Part shown: piece by piece, positions 29,857-39,195 of the stretch
How positions within the stretch are numbered: position 1 is the first letter of the stretch
Layout: each line of letters opens with the position of its first letter
Assembly (NCBI GenBank): GCA_037146775.1
Contig: JBAWWL010000001.1
Coordinates: 133,464 to 197,463 of the forward strand
Reading direction: 5' to 3'
Length of the DNA: 64,000 bases
DNA from: Candidatus Omnitrophota bacterium
GTDB taxonomy: Bacteria > Omnitrophota > Gorgyraeia > Duberdicusellales > 4484-171
Made by a program: the position numbers and the translations under genes
Notes under the pieces: model-generated
The model's database searches: none
What the model was told of the DNA's origin: nothing
Seen by the model: only the letters and a program-made list of their open reading frames with translations

Positions 29857-30117
29857 TTGTATTTTATGAAACCTTTAATAGTCGGTATGATCGCAGGCGT
29901 TTTTTGCACTATTTCTTTCGTTCCTCAGGTGCTCAAGATTTTTAGAACCAAACAGGCGAAAGATCTTTCTCTTTTCGCTTTTTCTTTCTTTTCGTTCGGT
30001 ATTATCCTGTGGCTGATTTACGGGTTACTGATAAAAGATGCAGCTATAATTGTAGCCAATTCCGTGACCCTCGTGCTGGCATTGTTGATTGTGGCGATGA
30101 AGGTCAAATACGGTTAG
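29857..30117 (+). CDS. SemiSWEET (PQ-loop/MtN3-like) small sugar transporter
   Basis: ~85 aa with three TM helices and the PQ motif FVPQVLKIFRTK. Confidence 0.6.
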   Translation: MYFMKPLIVGMIAGVFCTISFVPQVLKIFRTKQAKDLSLFAFSFFSFGIILWLIYGLLIKDAAIIVANSVTLVLALLIVAMKVKYG

Positions 30118-30166
30118 CACGCAATAAAATTATTACGTTGTTAAATCGCTGTAACTTGTTTCTTTT

Positions 30167-30892
30167 ATGGAGCGCATGTTTTTATACGGAAAAAATTCGG
30201 TGTATGAGCGGCTGAAAGTAAACTCTCGCAGCATAAGAAAAATTTTTCTGCAAGACAATTTTAAAGACAGCGACATAGAGCCCCTGCTTAAAGAAAAAAA
30301 AGTAGCAACCGTTTATCTACCGGAAAATAAATTATACAAGATTAAACCAGGCCAAAATCTGCAAGGCATAGTAGCTGAGGTTGATTATTTTGCGTACGCG
30401 GATTTCGATATGTTGCTCACCGCTTCGCAGGATAAAAAAACCGTTCTGATATTGCTGGATAGAATTTATGATCCGCAGAATCTCGGTGCTATCATCAGAA
30501 CTGCGGCGTGTTTCGGTAATTTTGCGGTAGTTATCCCCAAGCATAAAGCCTGTCCTGTTACCGAGGTGGTTTTACATGTGGCACAGGGCGCGGAGAATTA
30601 TGTGCCGGTCGCGCTTGTTTCCAACCTTTCTAACGCAATTATTGCGGCAAAAAAGAGCGGTTGCTGGATATTAGGCGCAGTGACGCAGGATCAAGCCCAG
30701 GATATCACTACCGTTTCCTTACCCTTTCCTTTGGCGTTAGTGATGGGCTCGGAAGGTCAAGGGGTGCGTTACGGAGTGGATAAATATCTTGACATTAAAG
30801 CGCGTATTCCGATGAAGGGGGCGGCTATTTCTTTTAATGTTACCATTGCCTGCGCAATTTTTTGTTATGAAATAGGCAAACAACGAGGCTAG
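30167..30892 (+). CDS. TrmH-family (SpoU) RNA 2'-O-methyltransferase, RlmB-like
   Basis: SpoU_sub_bind-like N-terminus and SPOUT motifs (LDRIYDPQNLGAIIRTA, LVMGSEGQGV). Confidence 0.65.
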   Translation: MERMFLYGKNSVYERLKVNSRSIRKIFLQDNFKDSDIEPLLKEKKVATVYLPENKLYKIKPGQNLQGIVAEVDYFAYADFDMLLTASQDKKTVLILLDRIYDPQNLGAIIRTAACFGNFAVVIPKHKACPVTEVVLHVAQGAENYVPVALVSNLSNAIIAAKKSGCWILGAVTQDQAQDITTVSLPFPLALVMGSEGQGVRYGVDKYLDIKARIPMKGAAISFNVTIACAIFCYEIGKQRG

Positions 30893-30920
30893 TCTTTTGA
30901 CTGTGTAGTACGCAGGTATT

Positions 30921-31508
30921 ATGAAAAAGGCCAGACAACTTAAAAAAATTCTTGAGTTTATCGCTGAAGCGGGAATGCTTAAAAGAGTACAGCGTTCAGG
31001 CTGGTCTGTGTTAGGCATCAAGGGTGCGGAAAGTGTGGCCGATCATAGTTTTCGCTGCGCGGTGCTTGGGTATGTACTTGCACACATGGAAAAGGTGTCA
31101 CCCTATAAGGTGTTATTGATGACGCTTTTTAATGATATTCACGAAGCCCGAATAACCGATTTACACAAAATGGCGCAAACGTATCTCGACACTCAAGAGG
31201 CGGAGGATACTTGTTACACAGCGCAAGTCCGCCCACTCCCATTTTCGATGCGTACGGAATTGGAAAGTTTACATTGTGAATATCGCCGGCAACATTCCCA
31301 AGAGAGCATTATTGCCAGAGACGCTGATATTTTAGAATGTTTAATTCAGGCGAAGGAATACCAGGAGCACGGATTTTTACAGGCAGCTAAATTTATGCAT
31401 AAGGCTCCAAAGTTTCTTAAAACTAAAAGTGCGAAAGTACTCTGGCAGTTGGCAAAAAAAACCGCACTGAACGACTGGTGGTTTCGTTTGAGCAGTTTCA
31501 AAAGATGA
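30921..31508 (+). CDS. HD domain phosphohydrolase (YfbR-like 5'-nucleotidase family)
   Basis: ESVADHSF...H...D metal-binding HD pattern, ~195 aa. Confidence 0.55.
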   Translation: MKKARQLKKILEFIAEAGMLKRVQRSGWSVLGIKGAESVADHSFRCAVLGYVLAHMEKVSPYKVLLMTLFNDIHEARITDLHKMAQTYLDTQEAEDTCYTAQVRPLPFSMRTELESLHCEYRRQHSQESIIARDADILECLIQAKEYQEHGFLQAAKFMHKAPKFLKTKSAKVLWQLAKKTALNDWWFRLSSFKR

Positions 31509-31518
31509 AGGAGGTTGT

Positions 31519-32076
31519 ATGAGAAACAGCAAACTATTTTTTCTTGTTTTGTTTTTCTTTTGTGTTATCCCCGAAGCATTTTCTTTCCAATTTCAAGACT
31601 ATACCTGGGGGATTCCTTGGGCCGAGGTGAGGGATAAGATAAACAAAGAAAAAAAAGATACCCTAGAGAGCACTTATACATTAAGTTATTCCGAGGAAGC
31701 GCTGGGTTACGATGCAGTGGTAACGTTTGTGTTTACGCCAGGAGGGAAACTGCTTGCCAGCGTTTCAATTGAATGGAAGACGCCGGCCGTGGCGCAAGTT
31801 ATTAAAGATCGTTTAACTAAAGAATACGGCGAGCCGACTAAAAACCCGTACACCGAAGAGTATACCTGGCAGGGGGCTTCCGACGCCGAGTCTTTATTTT
31901 TGGATTGCGATGCGCACGAGACTGAGCTGTATTATTACGGAGGGAAGTATTACACGCAATTTCAGAGAGAAATCGCCAATGTGATAGCGGCGCAAAAAGG
32001 ATATCCGCAACCAGAAGAAAAACACTCCCCGCCTCTTAAAATTGATATTCAGGGCGGGAATAATTGGCGCCGTTAA
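31519..32076 (+). CDS. hypothetical secreted protein
   Basis: Signal peptide. No recognised domain. Confidence 0.35.
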   Translation: MRNSKLFFLVLFFFCVIPEAFSFQFQDYTWGIPWAEVRDKINKEKKDTLESTYTLSYSEEALGYDAVVTFVFTPGGKLLASVSIEWKTPAVAQVIKDRLTKEYGEPTKNPYTEEYTWQGASDAESLFLDCDAHETELYYYGGKYYTQFQREIANVIAAQKGYPQPEEKHSPPLKIDIQGGNNWRR

Positions 32077-32175
32077 TCAGCTGTCGATAGGGCTATTGTC
32101 TGCGACAGTTGCAAAAATATTTTTTTATGCTACAATTCGTTTTTCGCAACGCTCTCTGTCAAGACGAGAGCTTCC

Positions 32176-32631
32176 TTGTACGAGAAAGAAATGATAGCCA
32201 AAAAACTTAGTTGTAAAAATTTTCTTTCCTTCGGCCGGATTATTACCTATCCCAATAAGCACGCGCAAGCCAGGAAAAAAAATCTCTTTCGCATAGTCTG
32301 TAAAGAATATGGCGCTGTAGGCTGGCGCATAGCTTATTTAGTGGTGAGGGATAGGGCAATAACCAGGCTTGAGCAGCACCAGTGTACCTTAGAAAGCTTT
32401 GAGCCGGTAAAAGGGAGGACGTTACTTTATGTGGCTAAGAAGAAAGACCCACGCCACATAGAATGTTTTTATCTTGATAAGCCGATAGTGCTCTGTAAAG
32501 GAGTGTGGCACGGTGTCGTAACGCTTGATGCTGAGTCCGAAGTGAAAATAACCGAAAACGCCACCGTTAAAAGCGCTTACTGGCAACTAGGTTTTTCTTT
32601 GAATTCTAACCATAAAAAATCCGTCAGCTAA
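32176..32631 (+). CDS. hypothetical protein
   Basis: 151 aa ORF. No confident motif. Confidence 0.3.
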   Translation: MYEKEMIAKKLSCKNFLSFGRIITYPNKHAQARKKNLFRIVCKEYGAVGWRIAYLVVRDRAITRLEQHQCTLESFEPVKGRTLLYVAKKKDPRHIECFYLDKPIVLCKGVWHGVVTLDAESEVKITENATVKSAYWQLGFSLNSNHKKSVS

Positions 32632-32766
32632 CCATTACAATATTTGTCATTTTTTTTGAGAGAAACAAGCTTATTTTGCCAAGCGGGAATTTCCTTGGTA
32701 TAATTAAGTCGATTTCTTAGGGTGTTTTTGTGTGAGCGGATGTTACCGGAAAATGCAGCCCATTAG

Positions 32767-33759
32767 ATGTTAAAAATAAGTATTGTCTTCCTTTGTATGG
32801 TATGTATGGCATGTGGTTTATGCTTTGTCGGGGCATCGGCTCAAAAGTTAGACGATGCCCGGAACCCTGTGTATCTGCCTGAGCAGAAAGGCGAAAGCTA
32901 TCCGCAAGGCGGGCTGGTTAGGGAAGATAGGGAAGAGTTTCCTGAAAAAGTTGCATTACGTCCCGGCGAGGGCGAAGAGTTTATCCGCCACGAAGTTTCT
33001 TCGTCCGTATGCTATATACCTTCCAAAAAAGCTAAGTCTTCTCCCGGCAAAATAGGTATCATAGAATCCGAACTCGAATATAGTTATAATTTAAAATTGT
33101 TTGGCCAGTTGCCCGTAACTATTTCGCTAGACAACGAATATATAGGCATAGACGATACTGTTGAGTTGGAACTTCCTTCTCATCTGGTGGGTTTAAGCGC
33201 TGGTATAGAGGCAACTCTGCCGTTTTTTAATTTTGAAAAGACTTATATAAATGTGGGGATAAATCCTTCTTTTTATAGCGACGGCTGGAATGCCAGGACT
33301 TCGGCATTTCGTATGCCTACCGACATTTTTTTGATTTATAATCCCAAAGAGCAATTGACATTTATCGGTGGAGTTGCTGTATGCCCGGATTTTAAAAATG
33401 TGGTCCTTCCGATAGTCGGCTGCATCTATAAGCCTAATGACAAATGGGCTTTTGAGATGACCTCGGATGCTTCTAACATTACCTATTCAGCCAACAATAA
33501 AGTCGATCTATTTTTTGAAATGACAAGCCCTATCGGAAGCGAATTTGAAGTAAAAAGAGGCCAGCGCCAGGGTGTGGTTTTAGAATACAACGAGATGCTT
33601 GCCGGTGGAGGCATAAAATACAAAGCTAATAAATTCGTCCAAGCTTCTTTGGCGGTGGGAGGAGCGTTTAACCGTTACATAAAGTACAGAGATGAAGGCG
33701 GCAAAGTAAGTATCGAGAACGGTTTGTACACCGAATTTAGGGTAGATGTGCAGATATGA
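32767..33759 (+). CDS. hypothetical secreted beta-rich protein (possible outer-membrane protein)
   Basis: Signal peptide and alternating hydrophobic/polar beta-strand-like pattern. No named domain. Confidence 0.35.
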   Translation: MLKISIVFLCMVCMACGLCFVGASAQKLDDARNPVYLPEQKGESYPQGGLVREDREEFPEKVALRPGEGEEFIRHEVSSSVCYIPSKKAKSSPGKIGIIESELEYSYNLKLFGQLPVTISLDNEYIGIDDTVELELPSHLVGLSAGIEATLPFFNFEKTYINVGINPSFYSDGWNARTSAFRMPTDIFLIYNPKEQLTFIGGVAVCPDFKNVVLPIVGCIYKPNDKWAFEMTSDASNITYSANNKVDLFFEMTSPIGSEFEVKRGQRQGVVLEYNEMLAGGGIKYKANKFVQASLAVGGAFNRYIKYRDEGGKVSIENGLYTEFRVDVQI

Positions 33760-34147
33760 GGTTATGCAGGAGGGGGTGCGCGCTAAGATGATCATAAGAC
33801 GGCTCGGCGATTGTGAAGAGTTTATTTCCGGCGATAAGGCCCTGTTGCGCGAGCTTTTACATTCTGCCAAGGGAGATTTTAAGTTTGGCTATAGCTTGGC
33901 TCACGCAACAGTTAAGCCCGCAGAGGCAACCAGGCCGCACAAGCTTGTTTCTTCCGAGGTATATTATATTTTAGAAGGACAAGGCCTTATATATATAGAT
34001 GCGTTAAATCAGCCGGTTACGAAAGATTGTGTTGTGTATATTGCCCCGCACGCATGTCAGCACATCGAGAATACGGGTGTTTCTGATTTAAAATTTTTAT
34101 GTATTGTTGATCCTGCCTGGAAGCCGGAGGATGAGGAAATAATATAG
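33746..34147 (+). CDS. cupin domain protein
   Basis: Two-His cupin motif pattern (HK...E and ...H.CQH.ENTG). The start codon is uncertain. Confidence 0.4.
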   Translation: MCRYEVMQEGVRAKMIIRRLGDCEEFISGDKALLRELLHSAKGDFKFGYSLAHATVKPAEATRPHKLVSSEVYYILEGQGLIYIDALNQPVTKDCVVYIAPHACQHIENTGVSDLKFLCIVDPAWKPEDEEII

Positions 34148-34177
34148 TTTCCTGAACGATCGTATACGAGGAAGCGT

Positions 34178-34612
34178 ATGGATAAGTTTATGAAAGCTGC
34201 GATAGGTGAAGCGCGCAAGGGTTTGTCCGAAAGAGGTATTCCGATCGGTTCGGTCCTGGTAGATAAAGAAAAAATCGTCGGCCGCGGGCATAATCAGCGT
34301 GTACAAAAAAAGAGCCCTATTTTACATGCCGAGATAGATTGTCTAGAGAATGCCGGCAGAATCCGCAGCTATCAGGGAAGCGTTTTATATTCTACTTTAA
34401 TGCCTTGTTATCTGTGTGCCGGAGCGGTTGTACAATTTGGTATTAAAAAAGTAATTGTCGGTGAATCAAAAACTTTTTTAGGTGCACGTTCTTTTATGGA
34501 AGCGCATGGCGTTGAAGTTATTGACCTCGATCTTCTTGAATGTAAAAAGTTAATGAGCGATTTTATCGCCAAGAATCCAGAATTGTGGAATGAGGACATT
34601 GGTAAATTATGA
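34178..34612 (+). CDS. CMP/dCMP-type nucleoside/nucleobase deaminase
   Basis: HAE...PCYLCAG zinc-binding signature of the cytidine deaminase-like fold. Confidence 0.65.
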   Translation: MDKFMKAAIGEARKGLSERGIPIGSVLVDKEKIVGRGHNQRVQKKSPILHAEIDCLENAGRIRSYQGSVLYSTLMPCYLCAGAVVQFGIKKVIVGESKTFLGARSFMEAHGVEVIDLDLLECKKLMSDFIAKNPELWNEDIGKL

Positions 34613-35340
34613 GTAAAAAGGAATCCTTGGAATCAGATAATTTCGATATACAACTGGTAAAAGACAAATCTTTACTAGATAAAGTGCAATATCTTCGTGG
34701 CAGAGTTTTTTTCGACAAAGAAGAAAAGGATGAGGATATCTTTGATGAATTCTGCGATCATCTGGCGGTGGTGGATAAACGTAATGGATCGGTTGTCGGC
34801 ACTTACCGGCTTCTTTTAGGTTCCGTTGCCGCCAAGCATCAAGGTTTTTATTCTGAAACTGAATTTGATTTAGTGAATATCAAAAAGAACTGTTCAGGTG
34901 AGCTTTTGGAGATGTGCAGAGCCTGTGTTTTGGAATCATACAGAAAATATCATATAATAAATTTGTTATGGAAAGAAATAATTGCCTATTTTGCAAAATA
35001 TAAAGTAAGGTATGTTTTTGGCTGTCCCAGTATCGAAAATCCTTCGCCACAAACGATAGGGAAAATATTTAATTTTTTTAAGGAAAATTATTTTGCTCCG
35101 GAATCTTTCAGGGTCGAGCCGCTCAAAAATAAAATATATCATTACGATAAAGATACCCAAGTTAAAAGTCCAACGGAAGCCTACCGGCTTCTGCCTTCTT
35201 TGATCAGGGGTTATGTAAAGATGGGCGCAGTGGCTTGTTCTGAACCTGCCTGGGATAAAGATTTCGGCACTGCCGATTTTTTTATGTTGCTGGATACTAG
35301 GCAAATGAACGCGGCCTATAAAATGCGATTTATATGTTGA
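34609..35340 (+). CDS. GNAT-family N-acyltransferase, OlsB-like (ornithine/amino-acid lipid N-acyltransferase family)
   Basis: Acetyltransf_5-like sequence. Overlaps the next gene, which is a PlsC-type acyltransferase, reproducing the olsB-olsA arrangement. Confidence 0.5.
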   Translation: MSKKESLESDNFDIQLVKDKSLLDKVQYLRGRVFFDKEEKDEDIFDEFCDHLAVVDKRNGSVVGTYRLLLGSVAAKHQGFYSETEFDLVNIKKNCSGELLEMCRACVLESYRKYHIINLLWKEIIAYFAKYKVRYVFGCPSIENPSPQTIGKIFNFFKENYFAPESFRVEPLKNKIYHYDKDTQVKSPTEAYRLLPSLIRGYVKMGAVACSEPAWDKDFGTADFFMLLDTRQMNAAYKMRFIC

Positions 35341-36101
35341 AAATTTGTAAGGCCGTTCTGCTTGTGTATTGTATCCTTGTCTTCATTGTTATTTTTGCCT
35401 TTATACGCTGTATTTTTTTCTCTTGCAAGCGCCGCCGGCAGCTTGTTATGTCTTATGCGATTCACGCTTTCGGACGCGTCGCACTTTTTATCGTAGGTAT
35501 TAGGTTGAGCATTGACGGTTCGGCAGCATCGCTGCGCAAGGGCGTATTTTTTATTACAAATCATGTGAGTTATCTCGATGGTATTGTTGCTGCGGGAATG
35601 TTCCCGTTGATATTTATCAGCAGGGGAGATTTAAAAACTTGGCCGCTGTTCGGCATATTTTCTTCGCTTTCAGAAACCATATTTGTAAACAGAATAGGCT
35701 CAAGCGGTATCTGCCAGGAGATTGAGCGCATTGGTGGAACGCTAAAGAACGGCGTTAGCGTGATCCTTTTTCCCGAAGGAACAACTACCGAAGGAAACGG
35801 TATGATCCCTTTTAAGTCTTCTTTTTTCCAAGCGCCCATAGAGAGTGGCTCATGTATTGTTCCGTTTACTATTCGTTATACTAAGGTCAATGGCCGTCCA
35901 CTTGATGCGAATAATAAAGATTCAATTTTTTGGTATGGCGATATGGAATTTGCTCCGCATCTTTTCCAGCTTATGGGTTTGCGCAGCATCGAAGTGCAGG
36001 TGCGTATTTTAGAACCCGTCAAGAGTGCCGCTATAGGCGATCGTAAGGCATTGGGAAATCTTTGCCAGAAAGTGATACAAGACAGCCTTTCCGCCCAATA
36101 G
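35334..36101 (+). CDS. lysophospholipid/1-acyl-glycerol-3-phosphate-type acyltransferase (PlsC family), OlsA-like
   Basis: Acyltransferase HX4D-like motif (FITNHVSYLDG) and FPEGT motif, with an N-terminal TM anchor. Confidence 0.55.
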   Translation: MLKICKAVLLVYCILVFIVIFAFIRCIFFSCKRRRQLVMSYAIHAFGRVALFIVGIRLSIDGSAASLRKGVFFITNHVSYLDGIVAAGMFPLIFISRGDLKTWPLFGIFSSLSETIFVNRIGSSGICQEIERIGGTLKNGVSVILFPEGTTTEGNGMIPFKSSFFQAPIESGSCIVPFTIRYTKVNGRPLDANNKDSIFWYGDMEFAPHLFQLMGLRSIEVQVRILEPVKSAAIGDRKALGNLCQKVIQDSLSAQ

Positions 36102-36232
36102 ATCTTTAGCGAAACAGAAAAAATTTATCGCATACAAATATTTCGTAACGAATTCGGTTTGACCGTCTCGACTTTGTGATATAAACTAGACGTGGGTGTG
36201 TTTGGAATAAAAAGACAGAAAGGAGGTTTTTT

Positions 36233-37234
36233 ATGGCAGAACTCCGCTATAATCTTATTTCGCGAGAATGGGTAATTATTGCTACCGAGAGAGCGAAACG
36301 GCCGCAGGATTTTGTTAAAGTTAAAAAAGAAATTAAGCCTATGTCTGCATACAAAGAAAACTGTCCGTTTTGTCCGGGGAACGAAAACCAAACCCCTCAG
36401 GAAACTTTTCGCCTGGGGCCTGCTGATAGCTGGAAAGTGCGTTCGGTCTATAATAAATTTGGCGCGCTTTCCAAAGAAGCGCCACGCTTTAGGAATATGG
36501 ATGGGCTTAGCAGCTCGATGGGTGGTTTTGGGGATTGCGAAGTCATCATCGAACACCCTCGTCATGATACCAACATTGTTTTTATGAATAACGAGGAAGT
36601 AGAGAATATTATAACCGCGTATAAAAATCGTTATGAATCGATTCAGAAAGAAGAGGGGATAGAAAATATTGTTATTTTTAAAAATCATGGCCCTGCAGCA
36701 GGGACTTCCCTGGAGCACCCCCATTCTCAGCTTATTGCTACGCCGATAGTTCCTCCGCAGATAAGGGGACGCGTGGAGCGGGCGGTAGGCTATTTTGATT
36801 TTACCGGGCAATGTCTTTTTTGCCAGACGCTTCAGGAAGAACTGAAATCGGGGGAGAGGATTATCCTGGAGACGGAGAAATTTGTTTCCTTTATCCCTTA
36901 TGCTGCAATGTCTCCTTTTCATGTGTGGATTTTTCCGCGCCGGCACGCGCCTTCCTTCGGCGATATAAGCGTTGAAGAGATAAAAGATCTGGCAATTAAT
37001 TTAAAAACTACGCTGGCAAAACTATATCATGGTTTGGACAACCCGGACTATAACTATACCATCCGTTCTATGCCGGTAAACGAGAAGGGAACAAAATATT
37101 TCCATTGGTATCTGAGTATTATTCCGCGCGTAAGCCAGCCAGCCGGGTTTGAACTTGGTTCCGGCATGTTTATCAACGCAGCGCTGCCTGAGGCAAGCGC
37201 GGAGTTCTTGCGGCACATTGACTCTGTGCGGTAA
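36233..37234 (+). CDS. galT: galactose-1-phosphate uridylyltransferase (HIT superfamily, GalT family)
   Basis: CPFCPGNE zinc site and HPHSQ active-site motif, 333 aa. Confidence 0.75.
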   Translation: MAELRYNLISREWVIIATERAKRPQDFVKVKKEIKPMSAYKENCPFCPGNENQTPQETFRLGPADSWKVRSVYNKFGALSKEAPRFRNMDGLSSSMGGFGDCEVIIEHPRHDTNIVFMNNEEVENIITAYKNRYESIQKEEGIENIVIFKNHGPAAGTSLEHPHSQLIATPIVPPQIRGRVERAVGYFDFTGQCLFCQTLQEELKSGERIILETEKFVSFIPYAAMSPFHVWIFPRRHAPSFGDISVEEIKDLAINLKTTLAKLYHGLDNPDYNYTIRSMPVNEKGTKYFHWYLSIIPRVSQPAGFELGSGMFINAALPEASAEFLRHIDSVR

Positions 37235-37382
37235 AGCATTAGCGTATTCCGGTGAAAGAGTCGGGTACCCGCGCTCACACTCAACGCGTGCCGTAAAAAA
37301 CACAAAAAGTAGTTGACAGCCATATGTAGTATGCATACAATTATATCTGTAGAGTATATATTCATATGCTAAAAGTATATAT

Positions 37383-39011
37383 TTGCAGATACAGATGAAA
37401 CCATTGTCAAAAAATACCATAAAACTCTTAAAAGTTTTTTACACCCACCCCCATCAACAATTTTATATCCAGGAGCTCGGAAGGATTCTCAAGGTTAAAC
37501 CAGGGGTTTTCCAGAGAATTCTTTATAGCCTCGAGAAAGAAGGCGTCCTCAATAGCGATTATAAAGCAAATGCTCGATTTTTCAGCATCAATAAAGATTA
37601 CCGTTTTTATAATGAGTTTAAAAGTATTGTCCGTAAGGCCGCCAATCTTGCGATTGCCGTTATTATCCTTAATGTTCTGTCGCTGGGCTTTGACAATTGT
37701 TTCGGGGAAGAAAAAAAATCAGAAACTCTGGCACTTTCGTCGCTCAATGATGCTATCGACATCGCGCTGAAGAATAATAAAGATATCAAGATACAAGAGT
37801 GTATGTTGAAAGTAGCAAATGCGGATATTTTGTATGCAAAAAGTGATTTTTTACCTAAGGTAGACTTGAATACCGGTTACACCCATAATGGCGCAGTGTT
37901 GAATGCTTCATCTCGTCCCGGCGATAAAAAAGATGTCAGGATATTTTCCGGATATAAAAACGATAATGCTCTTGGCGTAAACATAAACGAGATTGTGTAT
38001 AACGGCGGAGCCAATATTGCCGCCCTCCGGGAAACACAGCTTGGTTTGAAGGAGCAGATAGAAACTTTACGAGCCACAAAACTTAATGTAGAGTTAGACA
38101 CAAAAAGGCTTTATTATGGGCTTTTGCTTGCCTACGAAACGAAGCGTATTGCAGAAGATTTAGTAGAGCAGGCCCAAAGTCACTATGAAGAAGTGGAAAA
38201 TAATTTTAAACAAGGGACTTCTTCCAAGTTTGACGTGTTACAGTCAAAAGTGCAGGTTTCTTTGCTTATGCCGCAATTGATAAATGCCAATAATGCAATA
38301 GAGTTAATTATTGCGGAAATGGATAAATTGCTTGGCTTAAAAGTAGGGGGCGAGATAGTTATCAACGATAAACTGATTTATAACGCAATTGAAATAAAGG
38401 AAGAAGATTTTTTAAAAGAAGCTTATTCGAACGAACCGGAAATGATTTTAAAGTCTTTAGGTATAGATATGGATAAGTGGGCAATTAAATACGCAAGGGC
38501 CGGCTGGCTTCCTCAGGTAGGCGCAAACGCGGAGTATCTCTACAGATCCGGTAACATAGGGAATATGTTTAATAATGAACATGGCAATTGGAATATAGGT
38601 TTTTCGGTGCGTATACCTATATTTGACGGTTTCTCTACTAAGGCAAAGGTGGATTCTGCGAAGGCAAAATATGTTCAGGCAGTTATAAGTAAAGATAATT
38701 TAGCCGATCAAGTAGCCGTGGATGTAAAACAAGCGTGCCTTGATTTAGTAAAAGCAACTACAGTTATAAAGTCACAGCAAGACAGCCTGGAAGACGCAAA
38801 AGAGGCCTTAAAAATTTCCTATGTCCGTTACAATAATGGCGTAGGTATAAATCTAGACGTTTTAGACGCGCAAGTTTCTTTAGCTAACGTGGAAAAGAAC
38901 CTTGCCGAAGGTATGTATGATTATATTATGGCGAAAGCAAAATTAGATAGAGTAATGGGAGTAAGCAGCACAGAAGAAAAAAACTTGAGAGGCGGATTTG
39001 CGCAAAAATAG
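37383..39011 (+). CDS. TolC-like outer membrane efflux protein with an unusual in-frame N-terminal ~90 aa winged-helix-like extension
   Basis: Residues ~100-540 form two OEP repeats typical of TolC. The first ~90 aa (LLKVFYTHPHQQFYIQELGRILKVKPGVFQRILYSLEKEGVL) look like a wHTH regulator. No in-frame stop or obvious alternative start separates them. Confidence 0.6.
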   Translation: MQIQMKPLSKNTIKLLKVFYTHPHQQFYIQELGRILKVKPGVFQRILYSLEKEGVLNSDYKANARFFSINKDYRFYNEFKSIVRKAANLAIAVIILNVLSLGFDNCFGEEKKSETLALSSLNDAIDIALKNNKDIKIQECMLKVANADILYAKSDFLPKVDLNTGYTHNGAVLNASSRPGDKKDVRIFSGYKNDNALGVNINEIVYNGGANIAALRETQLGLKEQIETLRATKLNVELDTKRLYYGLLLAYETKRIAEDLVEQAQSHYEEVENNFKQGTSSKFDVLQSKVQVSLLMPQLINANNAIELIIAEMDKLLGLKVGGEIVINDKLIYNAIEIKEEDFLKEAYSNEPEMILKSLGIDMDKWAIKYARAGWLPQVGANAEYLYRSGNIGNMFNNEHGNWNIGFSVRIPIFDGFSTKAKVDSAKAKYVQAVISKDNLADQVAVDVKQACLDLVKATTVIKSQQDSLEDAKEALKISYVRYNNGVGINLDVLDAQVSLANVEKNLAEGMYDYIMAKAKLDRVMGVSSTEEKNLRGGFAQK

Positions 39012-39195
39012 TGCGGATATCTATCAAGTGGTGTAGGTACATAAAAATTTAGGATAAAGGGTTTATTAATTCACACTAGCATTTTTTCTTCGCGCCCGAG
39101 TGTTGTAAGAAATGCTGTATTCATTACCCCCTTGCCTCTACATATCGGCTTCGGGGTTAAATTTTCGCCTTCGGCGGAAAATTTAAGGAGGTAAA

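Noticed and set aside
36125-36946. 273-aa minus-strand ORF
   Set aside because: Completely antisense to the well-supported galT gene. Basic, low-complexity translation.
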